A stretch of 32,000 nucleotides of DNA from Prochlorococcus sp. MIT 0801 (GTDB lineage Bacteria; Cyanobacteriota; Cyanobacteriia; PCC-6307; Cyanobiaceae). The notes under the pieces are model-generated. The model was not told the origin of the DNA, did no database searches, and was given only the letters and a program-made list of their open reading frames with translations. The stretch lies in the NCBI RefSeq assembly GCF_000757865.1, contig NZ_CP007754.1, positions 510,001-542,000 on the forward strand. The letters are read 5' to 3'. Positions 8,938-16,802 of this stretch are shown here, piece by piece (position 1 is the stretch's first letter; each line of letters begins with the position of its first letter). A program made the translations under genes and the position numbers.

Positions 8938-9745
8938 CAATATCTGATGGAGGCCAGTTGATATCGACAACTACAGGTGCATGATCACTAGGTTTCTCTT
9001 TAGATCTTTGTTCTTTATCGATCCAACAACTATTGGCACAACTAAGAATTTCTTCTGTTAGGTAAATATGATCAATCCTCCAGCCCTTGTCTCTTTCCCA
9101 GGCTGAATGGCGATAATCCCACCAAGACCAATTTTTCTCTCCGGGCTCAAAAATCCTAAAAACATCTTCTAATTTCTCTCCTAAAGCATCTTTGAGTAAT
9201 TTCCTCTCTTTGGAAGAAGCCATAATTGATTCTTTATATTTACTTGGTGTATGGATATCTCTATCTTCAGGGGCAATATTAAAGTCTCCTAGTAAACATA
9301 TAGGTGTTTCATCTTGATTGATTTCCCTTAAATAAACCTTTAGACATTCTAGCCATTTTTCTTTATAAATAAACTTATCTGAATTTAAAGATGATCCATT
9401 TGGAACATAAACATTTATTATTCTAATATCATTGATATCAGCGCTTATAATTCTTTTCTGTTCACTTAATATAGATAAATCTTGATAGTCTTTGATTACT
9501 TTATTAAAGCCAATCTTTATATTATTAATCGGGAATCGGCTTATGATTGCTACTCCATTGTAAGACTTTTGGCCAGAGATTGAAACCTCATATCCAAGGT
9601 TTGAAAAAATTTCAATTGGAAAAGACTTATCTTCTGTTTTTGTCTCTTGCAAGCAAAGAATGTCAATCTTGTTAGTGATGAGCCATTCTTTGACATGATC
9701 TATTCTTGAACGAATAGAATTCACATTCCAGGTTGCAACTAGCAA
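8918..9745 (-). CDS. xthA: Exodeoxyribonuclease III (AP endonuclease)
   Basis: (M)LVATWNVNSIRSR..., ILCLQETK, GYEV...GQKSYNGVAI, LGDFNIAP, WWDYR, RIDHIY, SDHAPV are the EEP-family Xth signatures. The start is TTG at 9745. Confidence 0.93.
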   Translation of the reverse strand: MLVATWNVNSIRSRIDHVKEWLITNKIDILCLQETKTEDKSFPIEIFSNLGYEVSISGQKSYNGVAIISRFPINNIKIGFNKVIKDYQDLSILSEQKRIISADINDIRIINVYVPNGSSLNSDKFIYKEKWLECLKVYLREINQDETPICLLGDFNIAPEDRDIHTPSKYKESIMASSKERKLLKDALGEKLEDVFRIFEPGEKNWSWWDYRHSAWERDKGWRIDHIYLTEEILSCANSCWIDKEQRSKEKPSDHAPVVVDINWPPSDIENEFFF

Positions 9746-9803
9746 GACTTAAAGATTTTATTGCTTAAGTTATTATCATGTAGATTCAGACGAAAGTTTA
9801 GTT

Positions 9804-10139
9804 TTGAAGCAAACTGCACGTTTTATTAATGGTCAATTATTGTTTGCTTTATATTGTTTGGCTCCAATCTTAATTACGGTAGGTCAAGTTTTTGCTCCTC
9901 CAAGAACAATAAGAATTTCGGAACTAAAAGATTATTCAACTGATGAGAAAAGAGATATTTACAGCACTTTTGATACAGAAGATCAAATTGATCAAGGTTT
10001 ACCAATAGATCCATTTGATTTGATGAACCGTCTTAAGCAAGTAGGAGCAATGAATAATGCTACAACCCCATCAGATGCACTCGATGCAGCTCTCAATGCA
10101 TTTGATCAGTCAGAGGATGAAAATGTCCAAAATGAATAA
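9804..10139 (+). CDS. Hypothetical secreted acidic protein (111 aa)
   Basis: The N-terminal hydrophobic segment LLFALYCLAPILITVGQVFA-PP looks like a signal peptide. The remainder is D/E/Q-rich. The start is TTG. I do not recognise the family. Confidence 0.55.
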   Translation: MKQTARFINGQLLFALYCLAPILITVGQVFAPPRTIRISELKDYSTDEKRDIYSTFDTEDQIDQGLPIDPFDLMNRLKQVGAMNNATTPSDALDAALNAFDQSEDENVQNE

Positions 10140-10208
10140 AAACACAATAATATCCATAAGATTTTGGTAAATTTAAGATTGGTCCCTAATGGCCTATTTA
10201 TTAAATAG

Positions 10209-10856
10209 ATGAAGAACCATCCAATCCCCTCGGTTACTGATCCATTGCAATACCGAGCAATTGGATTAGTTAGAGGTATTTATAAGCCTCAAGACGATGA
10301 CACCTTTACTCGTGGAGCTTTAATTGATTCAAAAGGTAATGAAATAGATTCAGTTGTCCTTGGAAGAGTAATAACCTTGATTAGAAATCACGTTCCTCTA
10401 GAGAAACCTCACCTCTGGGTCGTATATCCAAGATGTAGAAATAATCAAAATCTTCATTTGCAAATCACAGGTATTTGGGAACCAAGTACTTTAAAAAAAG
10501 AACTTCTGGATAGCGAGGAATTGAATGAAGATTCAGTTTTGAAGGTCGATTCTGATTCTTTATTGGAAGGTGATGATTATTTTTCAATAAGAGGAGAATT
10601 GATTTTTACTAAGCCAGAAGAAAAGGAGGTAGTTATTAAAATTCGTCAAAAGCCAAGAAATAATCAAAAAAAAGCGTTACCTTTCAAATTGAATCTTAAA
10701 GGTGATATACCTATTAATCATTTAAAACATTTTATTAGTCTTGATGTTCGTCGTGTTGACTATCAACTTTTGGTTGAGGATTATCAAATAATAGGCCCTC
10801 TTTCTCAACAACAAATAAATAATAAAAGTAGAAAAATTATAAAAAATAAAAATTAG
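10209..10856 (+). CDS. Conserved-looking hypothetical protein (215 aa), function unknown
   Basis: Long ATG-initiated ORF with non-repetitive sequence (LQYRAIGLVRGIYKPQDDDTFTRGALID...HLWVVYPR...) and a K/N-rich tail. I cannot assign a family from memory. Confidence 0.65.
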   Translation: MKNHPIPSVTDPLQYRAIGLVRGIYKPQDDDTFTRGALIDSKGNEIDSVVLGRVITLIRNHVPLEKPHLWVVYPRCRNNQNLHLQITGIWEPSTLKKELLDSEELNEDSVLKVDSDSLLEGDDYFSIRGELIFTKPEEKEVVIKIRQKPRNNQKKALPFKLNLKGDIPINHLKHFISLDVRRVDYQLLVEDYQIIGPLSQQQINNKSRKIIKNKN

Positions 10857-10921
10857 TCTTATTTCGAGAATTTTATATAAATGTATTTTATCTGTAAAAC
10901 TGATTATATGTTTAATCATAA

Positions 10922-12145
10922 ATGAAATCTATTTTTATTGATTGTAGTCTTGGCATATCTGGAGATATGCTCGCATCAGCTTTTTTCAATTTAGGTGTTC
11001 CGCACTCTATTTTCTTGGATAACTTAGTAAGTTTAAACATAGATAAAAATTATAAACTCAAATTTAATGAGGCAGATAGTGAAGGCATAAAAGGTATTGT
11101 CTGTACAAAAAACGAAATTCAATTTAAGGAATTATCTAGAAGTCTTAATCAGATAAAGAACTTACTTCTAGATTCAAGCTTGAATGATTATGTGAAGAAA
11201 AAGTCTATTAAGGTTTTTGAAATTCTTGCTGAAGCAGAAGCAGTTGTCCACGGGCATCAAATCTCAGATGTACATTTCCATGAATTAGGTTCAATGGATT
11301 CTATCCTTGATATTGTTAATGTTTGCTCTGCTATAGATTTTTTAAAGCCATACAAGATTTATTCTTCAAATCCACCTTCTGGGAAAGGAATCGTATCCAC
11401 TTCACATGGCCCTCTACCTGTCCCAGTGCCTACTGTTCTAGAGATAGCGAGGCAAAATAAAATCCCATTAATGGTACTTGATGATAAATATTTTGGTGAA
11501 ATAACAACTCCTACGGGTATCGCATTGATTGCAACTTTTATAGATAAGTTTGGCCAGCCAGGTAATATAAATATTCAGAATATTGGTATTGGACTAGGAA
11601 GTAAAAATATTTCTCGACCTAACTTTTTACGTATTTTACTAATAGATGAAAATGATGAAAATATAGAAAATAATAAACCTTCTTATGAAACTATAATTTC
11701 TCAGGAGGCTTGGATTGATGATTCCACACCTGAAGATGTTGCGGTTTTAATCGATAGATTAAGATCTGCAGGTGCCATTGATGTTATTTGTTATTCGGTC
11801 GATATGAAAAAAAATAGAAAAGGTATATGTATACAAGCTATTGTCTCCCCCAAGCATAAAAAATTACTGCGTGAAGTCTGGTTTAACTATAGTACAACAA
11901 TTGGAGTAAGAGAAAATAAAATCAGTCGTTGGATACTTCCAAGAAGAACAGTGAGTCATAAAACTAAATTTGGGACAGTTAATGTTAAACAAGTAATGAG
12001 ACCAAATGGTCAGAATTCAATAAAAATAGAACATAAAGACTTGACTCGTATAACTTTAAAGACAGGAATTCCAATAGAAGAGATACGTCAGAAATTAATT
12101 ATTGAATTATCAGAATTCTATGAAATAGATGATTGCTATTTTTGA
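10922..12145 (+). CDS. larC: LarC-family (DUF111) nickel-insertion protein of nickel-pincer nucleotide cofactor biosynthesis
   Basis: N-terminus MKSIFIDCSLGISGDMLASAFFNLGVP, HFHELGSMDSILDIVNVC and HGPLPVPVPTVLEI match the DUF111/LarC signatures. The 407-aa length is typical. Confidence 0.85.
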   Translation: MKSIFIDCSLGISGDMLASAFFNLGVPHSIFLDNLVSLNIDKNYKLKFNEADSEGIKGIVCTKNEIQFKELSRSLNQIKNLLLDSSLNDYVKKKSIKVFEILAEAEAVVHGHQISDVHFHELGSMDSILDIVNVCSAIDFLKPYKIYSSNPPSGKGIVSTSHGPLPVPVPTVLEIARQNKIPLMVLDDKYFGEITTPTGIALIATFIDKFGQPGNINIQNIGIGLGSKNISRPNFLRILLIDENDENIENNKPSYETIISQEAWIDDSTPEDVAVLIDRLRSAGAIDVICYSVDMKKNRKGICIQAIVSPKHKKLLREVWFNYSTTIGVRENKISRWILPRRTVSHKTKFGTVNVKQVMRPNGQNSIKIEHKDLTRITLKTGIPIEEIRQKLIIELSEFYEIDDCYF

Positions 12146-12159
12146 TAATTAATTTATCT

Positions 12160-13110
12160 ATGAATCAAATGATCAGAAAAAATTTTGTTTTTGGAATGAT
12201 TTATAAAATCAATATTAAACTGTTGATAACTTTAATTTGCTTTGCATTTCTTGGGAATTCAATATATGGGAATTTTGATTCATTATCTAATCAGATAATT
12301 ACTAGTGAAGAGATATTATGGTTATTGTGCGGTGTTATTTTTAGTTTCTTTAGTATAATTATTAATGCTTATGCATGGAAGCTTTTAATCAATAATATTG
12401 GTTGTAGTATTAATAATTTGAATATAATAAAACTTTTTTTAGCTACAAATATATATAAATATTTGCCTGGTGGAATATGGCATTTTGTATCTAGATATAA
12501 GACCTTACGGTTAGAACTTTCAAATGAAAAATCAATTGAATCTATTTTATTAGAGCCAATCTTAATGCTAGTTGCAGGCTTTATTTTTATACCTTTTAGA
12601 GGTTTTAACTTATCGATTTATATACTTTGCTGGTCATCTACATTGCTCTTTTTGCCAGAATTTAGACAATTTCTAATCAAAAAATTAAGAGAAATGAAGG
12701 CAAAAGCTTTTATTAATAATGATAATATAGAAGACATACATTTATCGCAAAATAGCCAAGATATTTCAATAAGGATGTTGTATCCATATAAGCCACTATT
12801 TGTAGAAATTATATTTATTTTGTTCAGATTTCTTGGCTTTTTATGTTGTGTAAATGCATTTTCTATTGGGTCATTAATCTCTCAAGGTGAATTAATATCT
12901 TCCTTTTCCTTGGCATGGGTAATTGGTCTTATAGTTCCTGCAGCACCTGGAGGGTTAGGTGTGTTTGAATCTGTTATTCTATTTAGTCTTAGCTCACATT
13001 TGCCAGAGGCACCTCTCTTGGCCTCATTGCTTTGCTATCGGCTAGTTTCAACAGTTTCTGATATATTAGCAACTTTGATTTATCCAGTTAAAAAATTATT
13101 TAATGTTTAA
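12160..13110 (+). CDS. UPF0104 / lysyl-phosphatidylglycerol-synthase-TM-like (flippase-like) integral membrane protein
   Basis: Multiple hydrophobic segments. It has YLPGGIWHFVSRY and VPAAPGGLGVFESV motifs typical of UPF0104. I prefer ATG 12160. The track's TTG at 12133 would overlap the larC stop by 13 nt. Confidence 0.75.
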   Translation: MNQMIRKNFVFGMIYKINIKLLITLICFAFLGNSIYGNFDSLSNQIITSEEILWLLCGVIFSFFSIIINAYAWKLLINNIGCSINNLNIIKLFLATNIYKYLPGGIWHFVSRYKTLRLELSNEKSIESILLEPILMLVAGFIFIPFRGFNLSIYILCWSSTLLFLPEFRQFLIKKLREMKAKAFINNDNIEDIHLSQNSQDISIRMLYPYKPLFVEIIFILFRFLGFLCCVNAFSIGSLISQGELISSFSLAWVIGLIVPAAPGGLGVFESVILFSLSSHLPEAPLLASLLCYRLVSTVSDILATLIYPVKKLFNV

Positions 13111-13130
13111 ATATCTATTTGATACTTATT

Positions 13131-14717
13131 TTAGTCATTTCTGTGATTTAAGCTTGGTATTAGGGCTAAAGAGGCTATTAATCCCAGACAAATTATTATC
13201 ATTGAAGGTAATATAGATTCTGCTACTCTTTCATCTCCTGCATATTGGAATATTCGTACTGAAAGCGTATCAAAATCAAAGGGTCTTAATATAAAGGTTA
13301 GTGGTAATTCTTTTATTGTGTCAACAAAAACAAGAAGAATACCCACCAACATAGGTCCTTTGAGAAGTGGCAGATGTATTTTTAAAAGGACCTCTGACCA
13401 GTTCTTTCCGAGATTTATGGCTGCATTATCTATATTTGGTGTGATCCTCTCAAAGCCGGCATCAAGGCCACCTTTTGAAACAGCTAAAAATCGAATGCTA
13501 TACCCCCAGATTAGTAAGCTTAAGATGTTGATTTGCCAGATGTTTCCTTTAAAGGAAAGAAGAGAAAGGGCTAAAACAGATCCAGGAATTGCATAGCCAA
13601 TACTTGATAAGAAGGTTAATATATTGAGCCATTGATGATTATTCCATCTCTTGGAAATTGCTAAAATTAATGATATAAATACCGTTATTAATGAAACAAC
13701 TAAGGCTAAACTAAAGCTTCTAATAGTTAATCCAATTAAATCTGTATTGAAGCCTTTATTTATTTGATCAATATTTATTATTGCCCATGTAATTGGAATA
13801 CCCAATGTCAGCATTGGAGGTGTAAATGTTATAACTTGAGCTAGGAACAGATTTATACCTTTTAATTCCCATTGTTGTGAATTCCGACTACTTATTCCGT
13901 CTATCCATCGTTTACTTTTTTCTCTTGATTTGCGTTCAATTGCAACTAATAGAAAAACTAAAATCAGGGCAAATAGGGCAAGAGCAATTGCACCTGAGGG
14001 CTCACCTTCTTCTACCCAACTCTCAAGTATTCCAGCTGAAATACTTGGAATATTTAAAAGTTGAACGGCACCTAACTCATTTATGATTTCCATCGCCATT
14101 AAAGCTAACCCCGCAGTAATTGAGGGAATTGCCATTGGCATAGATATTCTAAAAAAACTTTTCCAAGGACTTATCCCAAGAGTTCTGCATGCTTCAATTT
14201 GTTTTCTACCGCCTTTCTCAAAACTTTCTGTACTTAGTAGAAATACATATGGGTAGGTTGTGAATGCCATTATTACTACACCCCAAAACATACCGGTAAT
14301 TCTGATTGAATTAATGCTGCCGAGGTCAATGAAAGTAGCTGCTAAAAGATAAGCTGGAGTTGCAAAAGGAATTAGTTGGCAAACTCTAAGTATTTTTTTG
14401 CCTTTGAAATGGCAATTGGCTAAAATCCAACCATTTGCTATACCTAAAAATCCTCCTAGAGTTAGAGAAAAAATCAATAGTAAAAGTGTTCCTTTTATTT
14501 CATTAAGATTGGCTGTCGTTAAATAAATAGAACCTTTTTGAATTCCGTATAAACCCTCTTTTACGAGAGTAAATAACGGCCATAAAATAAAAAATGTTAT
14601 TAGAATTATTAAGTACTTTAATATGTGGCGACTATTATTTAATTCAATTAAATTATAGATAAATTTAATATTATTTTCTTTTTTGACGGCCTTTGAATTG
14701 GATTTGAGGTTGTTCAA
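13131..14717 (-). CDS. futB: Fe(III) ABC transporter permease (FutB/FbpB/HitB type, duplicated permease domains)
   Basis: 528 aa and highly hydrophobic throughout. The length and two-fold architecture match fused double-permease iron(III) transporters. No cognate binding-protein or ATPase gene is adjacent. Confidence 0.8.
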   Translation of the reverse strand: MNNLKSNSKAVKKENNIKFIYNLIELNNSRHILKYLIILITFFILWPLFTLVKEGLYGIQKGSIYLTTANLNEIKGTLLLLIFSLTLGGFLGIANGWILANCHFKGKKILRVCQLIPFATPAYLLAATFIDLGSINSIRITGMFWGVVIMAFTTYPYVFLLSTESFEKGGRKQIEACRTLGISPWKSFFRISMPMAIPSITAGLALMAMEIINELGAVQLLNIPSISAGILESWVEEGEPSGAIALALFALILVFLLVAIERKSREKSKRWIDGISSRNSQQWELKGINLFLAQVITFTPPMLTLGIPITWAIINIDQINKGFNTDLIGLTIRSFSLALVVSLITVFISLILAISKRWNNHQWLNILTFLSSIGYAIPGSVLALSLLSFKGNIWQINILSLLIWGYSIRFLAVSKGGLDAGFERITPNIDNAAINLGKNWSEVLLKIHLPLLKGPMLVGILLVFVDTIKELPLTFILRPFDFDTLSVRIFQYAGDERVAESILPSMIIICLGLIASLALIPSLNHRND

Positions 14718-14732
14718 TTTGTTTTTTTATGA

Positions 14733-15779
14733 TTATTTGTCAATACATGCATTTAATTGAGAGAGTATTTCTTTTTTATCTAATTCTTTTCCAATAAAGA
14801 CAAGTTGATTATTTCTTTCCTCTCCCCATTCACTATCTTCAATAGAAATTCTTTTTCCAGCAAGGTGAAAGACATGTCTCCTTTCGCTTTCGCTGAACCA
14901 AAGAATACCCTTTGCTCTGAAAACATTACTTTTTAATTGATTGTCTAGAAAATATTGGAATTTTCTAAGAGAGAAAGGTTCTTTAGTTTGAAAAGAAACA
15001 GAAAGAAAATCTTCAATTTTATTATCTTCTTCTGAGTGTTCATGTTCATGTTCATGTTCATGTTCATGTTCATGTTCATGTTTATGTTCATGTTTATGAG
15101 AGTGATCATGAACTGATTCTTTTTGAATAATTAGATCAGTTTCAAATAGACCCACACTTAATAATAGATTCAGAGGAATATTTCCTTTAATGCTTTTTAA
15201 AATTCTCACATCATTTTTTATTTCTTTTAACTTCTCTATGGTTTCTTCTATCTTTTTATTAGTTACTAAATCACATTTGTTTAGAAGTAAAATATCACCA
15301 TAGATTACCTGTGATCTTCCTATTGAACTTTCTAAAGCAACATCATTAAAGTTCTCAGCATCAATGAGAGTTATAATTGAGTCTAATCTTGTTTGATCTC
15401 TTAACTCACTTCCAAGTAATGTCATCGCAACTGGAAGAGGATCGGCTAATCCTGTAGTTTCAATGATAATATAGTCTAACTTCTTGTTGACACTAATTAA
15501 CTTTTCTATTGCTTCTACTAACTCACCATTTATAGAGCAACAAATACATCCATTACTTAGTTCTATCATTTCTTCTTCAGTTTTGACTATTAACTCATTA
15601 TCAATTCCTATTTCACCAAATTCGTTAACTAATACAGCTGTCTTTATTTCTTTCTGATTAGTAAGTATATTATTTAATAAAGTTGTTTTCCCTGATCCTA
15701 AAAAACCCGATATAATTGTAATAGGAATATTAGTTTTGGAAACCATAATTTCTTTAAGATTTGATTCGCTAGTACTCAT
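14733..15779 (-). CDS. COG0523 (CobW/YeiR/ZigA-like) G3E-family metallochaperone GTPase with a His/Glu-rich insert
   Basis: Walker A GFLGSGKTT, the metal-binding CxCC motif (NGCICCS), ETTGLADP, LLNKCDL (NKxD-like), the insert HDHSHKHEHKHEHEHEHEHEHEHEHSEED, and a CobW C-terminal domain. Confidence 0.9.
   Translation of the reverse strand: MSTSESNLKEIMVSKTNIPITIISGFLGSGKTTLLNNILTNQKEIKTAVLVNEFGEIGIDNELIVKTEEEMIELSNGCICCSINGELVEAIEKLISVNKKLDYIIIETTGLADPLPVAMTLLGSELRDQTRLDSIITLIDAENFNDVALESSIGRSQVIYGDILLLNKCDLVTNKKIEETIEKLKEIKNDVRILKSIKGNIPLNLLLSVGLFETDLIIQKESVHDHSHKHEHKHEHEHEHEHEHEHEHSEEDNKIEDFLSVSFQTKEPFSLRKFQYFLDNQLKSNVFRAKGILWFSESERRHVFHLAGKRISIEDSEWGEERNNQLVFIGKELDKKEILSQLNACIDK
15038..15097 (-). 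repeat. In-frame hexanucleotide tandem repeat: CATGAA (His-Glu) on the coding strand, GTTCAT on the plus strand. There are 7 perfect units plus 3 near-units
   Basis: Read directly: 7 x GTTCAT (15038-15079), then GTTTAT, GTTCAT, GTTTAT. It encodes the HEHEHE... tract of the COG0523 protein. Confidence 0.95.
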
Positions 15780-15804
15780 TTTAATTGTAGAAAATAATAA
15801 TAAA

Positions 15805-16092
15805 TTAGTTATTGATTAATTTATCAATAGACTCAGCAAGCTTTATGTCATTATTAGTGATTCCACCTTTGTCATGAGTTGTTAAATTGATTTTAACTTT
15901 ATTATATGTATTCTGCCAATCTGGATGATGATCCATTTTTTCAGATAAAAGAGCGACCTTACTCATAAAGCCAAACGCATCAATAAAATTATCAAATTTA
16001 AATTCTTTCTTTATAGTTTTATTATCTATTAACCAAGAAGGGTTCTTTTTTGTAAAAGAATTGAGCTCATTTTGCTCTATTAAGGAAACCAT
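15805..16092 (-). CDS. phhB: Pterin-4-alpha-carbinolamine dehydratase (PCD/DCoH, COG2154)
   Basis: 95 aa. The catalytic signature is intact: [32 protein letters not shown] (E-x3-H-H-P ... Y ... H ... D). Confidence 0.88.
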   Translation of the reverse strand: MVSLIEQNELNSFTKKNPSWLIDNKTIKKEFKFDNFIDAFGFMSKVALLSEKMDHHPDWQNTYNKVKINLTTHDKGGITNNDIKLAESIDKLINN

Positions 16093-16110
16093 GAGTTTTT
16101 TATATTTTAT

Positions 16111-16572
16111 TTAATTTAAATCAAAATCGCCAATTGCATGCAATTGTAATGACCTTGATTTATTTGATGATCTATGTTCCCATATATATATTGCTTGCCA
16201 TAAGCCTATCTCTAATTTACTATCAACAACACTGAAGGTTAAATTATTTGAAGTAAGCATTGTTCTTATATGAGCAGGCATATCGTCTAACCCTTCTTCT
16301 AAATGAAGATATTCTATTTTTTCACGACTTCTGTTAATGGGATAAATTCCCTCTTCTGGGACAATAGCTTTCATGTAAGCTGAAAGGTCTTTAAGAACAT
16401 TAATATCCGCATTTTCATTTATAAGTAAACTACAGCTTGTATGCTTTAGGAAAATAAGAAGTAGTCCTTTTTTAAGCTTTTTATATTGGATCCAATCATT
16501 AATGTCTTTTGTTATGTCAGTAAAACCTTGTCCCTTCGTCTCGAAATCTAAAGTTGATAAAATCTGTTCCAT
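16111..16572 (-). CDS. yjbQ: YjbQ/UPF0047 family protein (annotated elsewhere as a secondary thiamine-phosphate synthase)
   Basis: 153 aa. GLLLIFLKHTSCSLLINENADINVLKDL, DDMPAHIRT and LGLWQAIYIWEHR match the UPF0047 family. Confidence 0.85.
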   Translation of the reverse strand: MEQILSTLDFETKGQGFTDITKDINDWIQYKKLKKGLLLIFLKHTSCSLLINENADINVLKDLSAYMKAIVPEEGIYPINRSREKIEYLHLEEGLDDMPAHIRTMLTSNNLTFSVVDSKLEIGLWQAIYIWEHRSSNKSRSLQLHAIGDFDLN

Positions 16573-16684
16573 TTCTAATAACCTGTCTAACTTGACTGTA
16601 TTAAATACTAACAGGTTTGTTCTTTTCTTATTAAGTTAAAGTGTTTGAACTCGATCTATTAGAAAAGATTGAACCTTTTTGATT

Positions 16685-16725
16685 TTTAAATCATGAGTAA
16701 TTTAATTAAGAATTTATGATTTAAA
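16685..16725. promoter_or_regulatory. 10-bp perfect inverted repeat (TTTAAATCAT-N21-ATGATTTAAA) in the divergent yjbQ / M32-peptidase intergenic region
   Basis: Read directly: 16685-16694 and 16716-16725 are exact reverse complements. It is a candidate operator or structured element. I cannot identify a binding factor. Confidence 0.3.
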
Positions 16726-16802
16726 TTATTTAAAATTGATCAAATACTGATCTATTTTCGTCAGTTAGATATTAGCATTACGTAAATATCAAATGGAATA
16801 CA

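Noticed and set aside
10722-10919. 65-aa minus-strand ORF overlapping the 3' end of the 215-aa gene and the larC upstream spacer
   Set aside because: Its I/L/K/N/Y-rich, low-complexity translation is typical of AT-rich DNA read in a random frame. It overlaps a better-supported plus-strand CDS.
15038-15097. The tandem GTTCAT repeat as a CRISPR-like or non-coding satellite
   Set aside because: The units are 6 nt with no spacers. The repeat lies in frame inside a COG0523 CDS, where it encodes a His-Glu tract.
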